NCBI GenBank assembly: GCA_043228905.1
Contig: JBHGNT010000008.1
Coordinates: forward strand, 13,206,001-13,270,000
Source of the DNA: Azolla caroliniana
Lineage: Eukaryota; Plantae; Polypodiophyta
Direction: 5' to 3'
DNA length: 64,000 nt
The notes beneath the pieces were generated by a model that was not told the origin of the DNA, did not search any database, and was given only the letters and a program-made list of their open reading frames with translations. Position 1 is the stretch's first letter. Each line of letters starts with the position of its first letter. The translations under genes and the position numbers were made by a program. This document shows, in pieces, positions 26,820 through 38,400 of the stretch.

Positions 26820-27109
26820 TTTAATGCTTCTGCTACTACCACTATTACTGCTTTTTGTTGGATATGGCAGCAGCCCCCTCCCCACAGCCACACACACACA
26901 CATATATATATATGTATGTATGTATATGGAAAAGGTTGACTTTGCCTCATATAGGTACTTCTCAAACCAAAGGTTGACTTTGACATAGTATCCATTTAAA
27001 AAACCCCAACCTTCTCAAGAAAAAAGTGGCCCATTTTGATAATTTGTTTTTGTTTTTGTTTTTGTTTCTTTTGTTGGGAAAAGAGGCGTAAAAAAATCTA
27101 ATTGACAAG

Positions 27110-30100
27110 TACACACAATGAAATGTGTGGTATATGAAACTTATTTCTTATTGTCCGCAAGGCCATCATTTTCCTACGTGACTCTAAAACACCATCTTCT
27201 ACAGTTATCAAATCTAGCCTTGCCATTCGATTGAATTGTGAATTTAGACTTTCTTTTCCCTCCTAGTGTAACATCCTTGAAGTTGCCAACACCTCTGCTA
27301 CCAATGAATTTATATCTTTTCTGCACTCAGGAGGCCTCCAATTAAACAACTTCAAACACCGCTGCCACGAAAGCACCAATTGTTGAACCATACTAGATTC
27401 TGAACATTTAAATTGCCGGGTACTATTAACAATATGCCACCACGAAGCTGTAATTCTCGTTTTCCCATGGTAAATACCAACCTTTTCCACAAAATAAGTA
27501 ATTATGTCTGCCCAAGGTTGGGTACCTATGCACATACCTTTCAAAAGATTGAATCTTCGAGCCACCATATGATCTTCTAAATTGAGTAAAGCAGCACCCC
27601 CTAACCGTTTTGGGGTACAAATATTGTTCCATGATACCCAACTCATACCAAGGTTTGTGTCTTTCTTCCATAGTGTATATTTAAGTGAACGAGCTAAATG
27701 ATCAAGTGATTTCTTTGTCCACGCTAACAATGACAAAAAATAAGAAATCATTGGAATCATTATAGCTTGTACCACTTTGAGACGAGTACTAAACGACCAT
27801 GCTTGAGACTTCCAATACATAAATTTGTCCAAAATGGTTCCCGATATCCAATTCAAACTTTGTGATGATAAGATATCAACACCAATAGGGTAACCTAAGT
27901 GTCGACACACATTCCCTGGATCTAATATTTGGCCACCCCATCCAAGATCCACCAAATCACTCTCAGTGCATCTAATGAGCATCAACTTCTGCATATTTAT
28001 ATGTAATCCTGATGCCAATGCGAACACATTCCACACCTCCATGGCTTTAAATAGCTATGTTATTTGCTTTGAGAAATAAAAATGAATCATCAGCCAATGC
28101 TTGAGCGATCAAATGTTTCCCTGATGGTAGAGCTAATCCAACTACTTCCCCACGTGTTGCCAACTCATGCATCCTCACCAAAATCGGGTGTGTAGTAATT
28201 GCAAATAATAGTGGACTCAATGGACATCCTTGTCTAAGTGATCTTTTCAATGCTATTGCCTTAGTAACTCCACCATTCAACATAACATGTGAGACTACAC
28301 CTAATCCCACCAACAATGATATTCGAGACATTCTTTCCCCAAAACCCATATGAGACATAAGTTGAGTAATAAAAGACCAACATACATGATCATATGCCTT
28401 CTCGATGCCGAGTTGTATCATTACAATTTGTTGTTTGGATTCCTTTGCATAATCCATTGCCATTTGCACATTCAAAATATTATGCAAGTTGTCCCTTCCC
28501 TCAATAAACCCATATTGCATTGGATGGACCATAGACGACAACACCTTTTGAAGTCTATTTGCAATTATTTTGGCAAAAATCTTATACATCCCACCCATTA
28601 ATGATATCGGTCTCCATTGAGCAAATGACGTAGGGAATGCAACTTTTGGTATAAGTTTAACCAGACCAACTTTCCATGAATCGGGAATTTTACCAAAACT
28701 CCATATTTCTTGGAATATCATTGTTAGAGGGGCTTTGAGTTCATGTAAAAAGGATTTAAAGAACTCATTTGTAATGCCATCCCAACCCGGGCTTTTATCA
28801 ATTGCAAGATGTGATAATACATATTCCACCTCCTCCTCCTTTATATCCTCCTCCAATGCAATCATGTCATGTTGCCCACCACTCACCTTGAATGAGTTAA
28901 ATAACATCGATTGTGCTTGTGTTATGTCATCATTCATAATACGATCTTGCCCAAAAAGATTCATGAAATGTTTAACACAATTATCAATAATCACTTGCGG
29001 GTTTGTATTCAAAGTTCCATCAATCTCTACATTTACCACATTTATTCTAGCATGAGATGCCTGCAACCCATGGTAAAACTTATGTAAATTACAGTTGTGA
29101 TCATGTACTTCATTTTTCATAGCCATCACCCGTGATTGTTGTTAATTGCGAACCTCTAATACTTGTAAGGCTTGTGACAACGTCTCTTGAATATCCAACA
29201 ACACACCATCCAATGGAATCTTTACCAACAATGCATTACATCTATCTAGAAAGTGTTGTAACCAACTCATCTTTTGTTTATGGATAGATGCTTGATAAAT
29301 TCCATAATATCATGTAAACCATTGAATATTGGAAAGACAAATATCCCATGACGAAACACCGTGGATATTGACTTGTCTTGTAAACTCCCCCACCAATTAT
29401 CCCATAGCATGCTTAAATTTATCATGTCCAAGAAAGGATGAATTAAATCTCAATGGTTGTCTCCCCAATAAAGCTCTAAAACCATCCATAGTTTGATGTG
29501 TGCATTCCAAAACAACTGGGAAATGATCTGATGATCCAATCCCCCTATACACTTCCATAGTCAAAAACTCTGGCAAGAATGTATCATCGTGCATAATATA
29601 AATGCGATCCAGTCTACTCCAAGTTGATCTATATTGTGCTGATTGAAAGGTATAACCAACATGATTTCCATTGATCCAAGTCCATGCATCATACCTTACG
29701 ACATCCATCATAAACAAATCCCATACCTCTCGTTCGGGAGCATCCATCAAGCCATGCATCGAAGTAGATTGGCCCACCTCAGAACACATATTAAAATCCC
29801 CTAACAAAAAACTGGATCTCCCATGAAGCAAAACTTGATTTAAGCATCTCCAAAGTTCCATACGATGTCTTGCAACATTCGATCCATAAATACCAACCAC
29901 CCAAATATGTTTTCCTTCATAATTAACTTCAACCACCAAAAACCGACCATGTACATCTCTTTGAACCACTACCGGTTTCAAGCTATCCCTTATAATAAGC
30001 ATCACACCTAAATAAGGGCCCCCATTGGCTCCATCATAAAACATGTGATATTGCTTACGATGAAAACAAGACCTAGATTTAGCATGCTCCTTATGTTGTA

Positions 30101-31850
30101 CTACACATAATATATCCCATTCACTATTAAAAATAGTTTTCCACATACCATATTGCTTGGATGGAGAACAAATTCCCCTTACATTCCACGTGACTACCTT
30201 CATCACTCACTATTTATATTACTTCTTTGCTTGTTCTTGTTCCCGTTGTGCTAATATCTTTGGTATATCACTGAAATAATCACTTAAGACTGCAAATGCA
30301 TTTTGCACAGATGGTCGATGATTATTGGTGGATCCCATTATACCCCATGAGTTATCTCTTTTCCAATTTTGTTTTTCTAACTGTAATTTTCCCGTTCTTA
30401 TCAAACCTAAGGTTGAAAGGTTTTGTCCCTTGATTGAATTGTTTATATTGTGACCCTTGCCACGGTTTTGACCTTCCTTTCAATTGATCATAATTATGTG
30501 TATGTGATAACCCCATAGGATCCCTAGAGGAACAACCCCTCTCTTGTCCATTATGTGCATAAACTTTGTCTTTTTGGTACCTTGGATTATTTATCTTAGA
30601 GGCCACGTTAATCCAAGATCCACCCTCATCCATTAAATCTTTTCTTCTTTCTTGATTATCTTTGTCATTATGTTCCAAAATAACAACATTCTTACCTTTT
30701 TCCACATTTGCCTCCTTACTTTTCAACACCTCATTATCATTTAGTATAGAGTCTAGCATTAACTCATTCCCATGGGAATTATTAGTCACCTCCATTTCCG
30801 ATGTTTGATGACATTCCGCCATGAAATGGCCTAAACGACCACATCGAAAGCAATGACCGGCAAATTATCCCCAATGCAATTGGCAATGGAATGGCCTCAT
30901 CTCCTTAGTCTTTATGTTTAGCCACAAAGGTCTCTTTTTTGTTGTATTCCATAGCATACATAACCTATATCTATTATATGCTTTGGCATTTGGGGCTACT
31001 ATCACCTTTCCCAATTGTTCCATGACACCTTGAATTATAGGCCATAAAAACAAAAATTTACACTCTACCTCCACCCATATTGGACACTCTTGTTTCAAAA
31101 TTTCTTGAAACTCGGGTAATGGTTTCCAAGGGACAATATAGACTAAATTGTTATTGTAAAAGACCAGCAAACGCAATAACAATCTATCTCATTGTTCTTC
31201 GGTTCGGAAAATGACCTCAAAAAACCCGCATGGACCTTTATATACATCTTCCACACTATTTCTACTAATCATTGCATTTAGCCATTGCGCCACCCAATTT
31301 ACTAAAGGATTTTTCCATGTAAAGAAACAAATAATGCCTCTCTCATGAAACATGGAAAATGCCTTTAAGATTTCTCTACGTGGCATATCCACCTCGACAA
31401 TGTCATCCTCTTCTACAATGACCACCATATCTGTAGTATCCGATAAAATGTCATGTAGTGCTTCATTAGCAACTACATGCATTACATCCCAATATTGCGC
31501 ATTCCTCTCCTCCTCACCTTCTCCCATAACATGTGCATATGATGGTCTTGGCATCATCTCTATATCTGCCTCATGCATATTATTAATGCCAATCTTTTGT
31601 TTCTTCAAAATTATTTCTCCTTCTCCTTCTCCTCTCTTACTTTCTATTTGTCTCTCAATTATTCCTTCATCCATTGTGTCCATATATACAATGCCCCAAT
31701 AATAAGAAAAGGAAATTAATAGGAGGATGATTAACCTGAAATAGAGACGATGACATTCGAGCTTGCAGTCGAAGAAGAATGTTGTTATAGCAATTGCCCA
31801 ATTATGTCGATGTAGCCACGAATAATTATTCCTCTCGCGTCTCCTCATCC
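27110..31850 (-). mobile_element. Degenerate L1-clade LINE (ORF1 and ORF2), apparently 3'-truncated; ends approximate
   Basis: ORF1 pieces at 30352-31848 include a zinc knuckle (HCFRCGRLGHFMAEC, ~30815-30860). APE endonuclease at 29397-30206 (VTWNVRG, LGDFN, SRLDRIY, SDHFPV). RT at 28047-29129 (WRPISL, KAYD, LRQGCPLSPLLF, LADD) continues into 27263-28042 (RHLGYPI). Confidence 0.92.
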
Positions 31851-31938
31851 TTCTTCTTCTTCTCCTCGTCCTTTTCCTTGTGATTTTCTGATTTTGTCCT
31901 ATTTTGTTTCTCTGATTTTCTCGTTTATCCTACTCCTC

Positions 31939-32067
31939 CTCTCTCTCTCTCTCTCTCTCTCTCCCTGTTTTTTGTCTTCCTTCTTCTCTGATTTTCTGAT
32001 TCTCCCCTCGTTGCGCCTCTCTGTTTTCCTCTCTCCTCCCTAATCAATCTCTCTGTCTCTGTCTCTG

Positions 32068-32104
<37 letters not shown>
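31939..32104. repeat. (CT)n microsatellite tracts
   Basis: CT runs at ~31939-31962 and ~32050-32104. Confidence 0.9.
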
Positions 32105-32108
<4 letters not shown>

Positions 32109-32109
32109 T

Positions 32110-32214
32110 TTTGTATATTGTTGCTTTGTAGACTTCAAGAAAGCTTTTGATATGGTACCTCGTGAGCATCTTTGGAGGCGAATGGAAGAACTTGAGGTGC
32201 CAAGTGAATATATA
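32110..32214 (+). mobile_element. Short RTE-clade LINE reverse-transcriptase fragment
   Basis: Translates to FVYCCFVDFKKAFDMVPREHLWRRMEELEVPSEYI. Confidence 0.75.
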
Positions 32215-32216
32215 AT

Positions 32217-34870
32217 TTCAGATTGCACTTATTCTTCAAGCTCCAAGAATCCCCGTAAGGATTATAACTAGTTTAAATGGGATAATGGTTTACTTTTTCG
32301 CAACACTCTTTTGTATGTCCCAAATGGTTCATCTCGGCTTCAAGTAATGCAATATTGTCACGACAACCCAATGGCCGGGCACTTTGGAATCCATAAAACT
32401 TTGGAGCTAGTTTCTCGAAACAATTGGTGGCCTCACCTTCGAGAGTTTGTTGAAGATTATGTTTGTAGTTGTGATGTGTGTTGTTGGTCAAAGATTCCAC
32501 GACATCGACCATATGGGTTATTACAACCATTGCCAGTTCCTATTGGTCCGTGGAAATCCATCTCGATGGATTTTATTACAAATCTTCTGATTTCGAAGAG
32601 TTTTGCTGTTATTCTCACTATAGTAGATCAATTCACAAAGATGGCGCATTTTCTTCCATGCACGAAAACCATCAACAGTAAAGAAATTGTAGACATCGTT
32701 ATGAAATAAGTATTTGGCTTCACGGTCTTCCAAATGAAATCATTAGTGATCGTGGCCCACAATTCATTTCAAAATTCTAGAAACAGTTGCTTGAGATGCT
32801 CAAAATCTGCTGTAAACTTTCGTCAACCTATCATCCACAAAGTGACGGTCAAACTGAGCGGACGAATCAAACACTAGAGCAATATCTTCGGTGTTTCATC
32901 AATTACCAATAGGATGATTGGGTGTATTTTTGCATTTTGTAGAGTTTGCACACAATAATTCAGTTCATTCCTCAACAAGGTATACTCCATTTTTTCCAAA
33001 CATAGGATATCATCCTCGTTGGACAATGATGGCACATCCAAAAATCTCGAAAAATCCTGCTATTGAAGATCGTTTGTGTCAACTCCAAGACATGCATGTT
33101 GCACTTTCTCAACATTTGCAAACTACTCAAGCCACACACAAAAAAGCCGCAGATCGTCACTGTCTTGACTCTTCACCAAAGGAAGCGAAGTTTCGAATTG
33201 CAGATCGTGTATGGTTACTACGACGTTGTCGTAGTGTATTTCGTACACTACGTGAAAAACGTATAAAATAATCGATTGAATAAATATAAAGAAAAAGAAA
33301 GAAATATCAAAATATATATTACATATATATATCAAAATATACCTCCATGTTAATAATGTGAAGCCTTACCATTACACTAACATATCATTGGTGTCAAAAA
33401 AGTAGATGTCCCACAAAAGGTAAGTTCACGCTAGGATAAACTTTAGGAAAACGCATGATAAAAGCAAAAGCTACACATGCACATCTAGCATGCATGAACA
33501 CTATAGTCGATAAAAAATGCATGACTTTACAAAAAGCATGTTAGAGAAAGCATATAGTCTATTGATAGAAAAAGCATGGAGGGCATAATTAGAGAAAAAG
33601 CATAGATTGCCAAGACTCTCTCATCACTATATAAGGATGGGGAGCACAATGTAATAAGGGTGTGAAATATTTGGAAATTGGATATATTTCTAAAAAACAC
33701 CAATCAATAAACTATATTTGTGGGATTCACGAAGGTTTTTATATCTCTCGCTTCCAATCTATGATAAATTGTAATTATGATTCTAAATATTAATAAATCT
33801 AATAATCTATACTTGTGGGATTCACGAGGTTCCTATATCCTTCTCTTTCTATCTAAATTCATATTATTATCTTAATATTGATTAATCTAATACAATACAC
33901 TTGTGAGATTCACGAGGTTTCTTTATCTCTTTCCTACAACCTATCTATGTTCTAATTAGTCTCAAATTCTTCCTCGTCCTAGTCCTAAACCCCAGCGGTT
34001 CCCACCCGACTCACGCAATGATCTGGCACCGAAAGGCACGACAACGTAATGTGAAGACTACTAGACCTTGTGACATGTTGGATTATCAATGACTTGGTCC
34101 ATTTATTATCTCCAATCAGATTAACGATATTGCATTCCGCCTTGATCTACCTCCATAGATGTATCTACATCCGGTATTTCATGTCTCATTGTTGGAACCC
34201 TACATTGGTACTATTCCAAATTGGGTTGTTCTACCCCCACCTCCAGTTCAACTTCTTGATGGCCCAGAATTTGAAGTCAAAACTATTTTGGACTCCAAGA
34301 TAATATGTAAAATGCTTTATTATCTCGTGAATTGGTTAAGATATACACCAAATTATTGTACTTGGGAGCCAACTAAGAACCTTGATAATGCCTCTAACTT
34401 GGTGGCTGAATTTCATCGCCAATATCCAGATACGCCAAGTTCGAATTCATGCATTACGACTCGTGGAACTCGTCGTCAAAGGAGGGGATGGTGTCATGTG
34501 TATATAAAACCCAATAACCTTTATGGTGATTCGAACCCATGACCCCCTCAAAGAAGGCATACAACCCCAACCATTAGGATACATCATATTGTATATATTA
34601 AATAATAAATTCTATCATATCGATAGGAAATACATATAATAATATTATTGAAATGTCGCCACCTTGCATAGGCTAACGCATGATTGCCATGGGGCATTCT
34701 CGCATGAATGCCAAGTGGCAATCATGCCTGCCTTTGAGGTGGCGAGCATGCATGTATCCAAACCATGCTATATAAACATGTATTTGACTATTGATAAACC
34801 ATTTTGGTTCAATGCCAATCTTCGGCATATTAATGTAGCGCAGAATAAGACATAGAGAGTTAATGTAGCG
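32217..34870 (+). mobile_element. Chromovirus (Tf2/Tcn1-like Ty3/Gypsy) remnant: integrase, chromodomain, PPT and start of the 3' LTR
   Basis: Motifs [52 protein letters not shown] and LHPVFHVSLLEPY. Chromodomain EFEVKTILDSK..YYLVNW.Y...TWEP..NLDNA at ~34268-34430. PPT at 34478-34491; LTR begins TGTCA at 34492, right end uncertain. Confidence 0.9.
33227..34043 (+). mobile_element. Solo LTR (817 bp) with 4-bp TSD ACGT
   Basis: Termini TGTCGT...CACGACA, with ACGT at 33223-33226 and 34044-34047. Removal restores the host frame LLRRNVKTTRPCD. TATA at ~33627 and three TTGTG(G/A)GATTCACG repeats. Confidence 0.88.
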
Positions 34871-35237
34871 CAAACTAGTGAGAAAAGGGCTAGTGTTTAA
34901 TTTGCCTATAACACGCATCCATCGACCCCCAGTAGATGTAAAAACAGGACGAAGACCACTTGAGATCAAAGAGCCAAAACCGAATGCATGTGTAGAATCT
35001 TAAGAAAAAAATGAAAATAAATCCGCATGCTATAGTTGTGCCTTTCATTGTGATGGTAGATCCCGAAGAATGTTCCACAACTGAGGACATTGACGTGAGA
35101 AAGCATGATCAATACAATTACTTTGTAATTGGAGGATCACATTCGGCTGAAGCACGCCGGCAACTTGTTAGAGAGCACCAACGACTTTCTTCTTCAAGTA
35201 TGCCGAATGCAAAATATACATGGGCCTCACAACTGAA

Positions 35238-35422
35238 TGTCGAATACAAGTGTATAATGGACGTATTCACACTATCCCTTTGTATAGCTCAAGTTTGGGT
35301 CATTTGTGTAATTAGCATAAATGGTAGTTGCCCTAAGTTTGTCACTATATAAAGTGACCTAGTAACCTTTTTGTAAGGTTGGTTGTATTATTGTTTCTAT
35401 TGAATAGAAAGACTCTTTTGTG

Positions 35423-35479
<57 letters not shown>

Positions 35480-38400
35480 ACGATCTCAGAAACTGTCATA
35501 CGCAGGTACTCAACCCCAATCGAATGCTACTTGATCTTCCGCATTGACGGCCTTGTCTACAACATCTGGTATCAGAGCCTGCACAGTACTCGGTCCCTCA
35601 ACCCGCTGTCGGCCGTCGTCTCAGCCTGCACAACATTCGGTTTCCTGCGTCATTCGAAGAAAAAGAGAAGAAAGTAGGCAAACACAAGCTTGAATCTCGC
35701 TGCGTTAGATCATCACTCGGAGTAAACCAGTCGGCTGTACTCTACTTCCTTGATCGTAACTGCTTGAGGTGGGCTTCCTGCACAACGACGACTTCAAGGA
35801 CAACCCCAGTTCGTGTTTCATTCGATTGGACAATAATCGGAAGGACCAGTCGGTTCCATTGCTCTCACCATTGCAGTCAACCGAAACCGAATCGGCTTGA
35901 AGTACTGTCGAGTCGTTAAATCTAGGTTCAACTCGACTAAGACAGTTGTCGGTAGTCAATCCGAACCAAATCCCCGATTCTCCGTAATCGACATCACTTG
36001 TGTCCAACTTCGGCTAGAACGACACTGAGTGGGCCAAACCGCTGCACTTCACCAAAGTTCGTAGCCGACTTAGGGCAGAGTCATGACATCAACATCCGGC
36101 TCGTCATAAATGAGTCTACGAAAGTTCGATGGATCGAACTTCAACTTCTGGAAGGAGCAAATGCAGGACTATCTCATAGTCAAGGGGCAAATCGATCCCA
36201 TCGAAAATGAAGAACCTCCAGAAGGATACAAACCAATTGAGTGGCAGAAGCTGGACAGAATCGTCCGCGCCACGATTCGGATGCACCTATCGGAATCGGT
36301 ATACTTTACGGTGCAATCGTGTACGACAGCATTCGAACTGTGGAAAACACTGTCGGACACCTACGAAAAGAAGGTCGCTGCAACAAAGATGTTTCTGATC
36401 CGGCGCCTCTACAACTTGCGGATGAAAGAATCAGATTCGGTTCAAACACATCTCAATGAGTACGAAAGCATATGCTCTCAAATCTCATCTCAGGGGACGG
36501 CAATCGAGGATGAACTCAGAGCAATGATACTCATGAGCAGCCTTCCCTCATCATGGGAAACTTTCGTCACAACCGTGTGCAACGCGTCAACCACGGCTGT
36601 TAAATACTCCGCAGTCACGAGCGCAATCCTGACCGAAGCAGCTCGGAGAAAGTCTTTCGCCAAAGACTCAACAGACGACGCTTATGTAGTACAAGGTTCG
36701 ACAGAACGATCGAACATACGAGGAAGAGATTCCTCACGGCAGCCGAACAATCAGCAAAGACGGAGCCAGTCACGGGATAATCGAATCTGCAACTATTGCA
36801 AGAAACCCGGACACATCAAAGCCGACTGCCGCGCACTCAAGAACAAGAATGACAAGTCTCAGAAATCAGACAAGAAGAGTGGCCGGCATGAGGAGATCAA
36901 CTACGTCAGCTTCTCAGCTGATGTGCTACCAAACGACCCGAATATACTATTAATCGAAAATCCAGTCGGATCAGAAGTTCTGCTCACGACTGAAGAATCG
37001 AGCACATGGCTCTTAGATTCGGGCGCGTCATTTCACGTGACTCCTCATCGATCCCAATTTCGGCAATATACGATCCGTCACTCCGACTCAGTTCGAGTCG
37101 GCAACTCGCAACACTGTGACATCATTGGAATCGGCACAGTAGAGCTCAACCTTGCAGGTGGCTCTACACTTGTACTTCACAATGTCCGACATGTACCCGA
37201 ACTCTCAAGGCCATTGATCTCAGTCGGACAACTAGATGAAGACGGCATTCGTGCCGATTTTTCTTCGGGAGGGTGGACACTCCACAGGGGGAACCTCCTG
37301 CTTGCTAGAGGACCCAAGATACACTCACTGTATCCGTTACATGTTACGCTCAGAGAGGGTAACCTGTTTTTGGTGGACATTCCTGTGTCATCACTATGGC
37401 ACAGAAGATTAGGACACCTCAGCAAGGCCGGCATTACGCACCTATCTAGAGCCGGATACATCCCTAAACTCTCCTTCTCGGACCATCAATTCTGCGAACA
37501 TTGCCAGTATGGCAAACAAGCAGCCGCATCACACCCGACATCAGCACCAAGAGAAACGAGACCTCTCGATTTAGTCCACTCGGACGTCTGTGGCCCAATG
37601 CCGCATCAGTCTCTCGGCGGTGCCTCTTACTTCGTCAGTTTTATTGACGATTCGACTCGAAAGGTGTGGGCTTATCCAATTCGCACCAAAGATCGTGTCT
37701 TCTCGATCTTCTCCGATTGGCTCGCTATGGTAGAAAATCAAATTGACCGAAAACTGAAATGCTTTCGGACCGACAATGGGGGAGAGTTCAAATCAGAAGA
37801 ATTCGTCAAATTCTGCCGACAACGCGGCATCCGACGTGAATTTACGGCACCACACAGTCCGGAGCAAAATGGGATTGCAGAACGCATGAATCGGACAATC
37901 CAAGAACGGATAGTTTCCATGCTCCAACACTCCGGACTGTCGGATGGCTTCTGGGCAGAGGCTCTACTCACGGCAGTACACATAATCAATATGTCACCAA
38001 GCAGACCTCTAGGACTTCAAATTCCTCAGGAACTATGGATCGACAGTAAGCCGAATTACGACAAGCTGAGGATCTTCGGATGCGAGGCGTACGCCCTTAT
38101 TCCGAAAGATGATCGCCGAAAACTTGCACCTCGGTCCAGGAAATGCATTTTCCTTGGATATGGATTAGACGGCGAAATGGGATACCGACTCTGGGACCCC
38201 GAACGCAGACAAATCGTTCGAAGTTCGGACGTTGTGTTCAACGAGTCGGCTATGAATCCATCAGTCAAAACACCGATCGAAGTCCGAAGGGTAACATTTT
38301 CCGATGTGCCGACCCTTCAAGAAGGCCCCGCTCTTCACACACGGTCAGCTTCACGGGTAGCTGAACCTTCCACTACCGACTCGGACAACTCTGACTCGGC

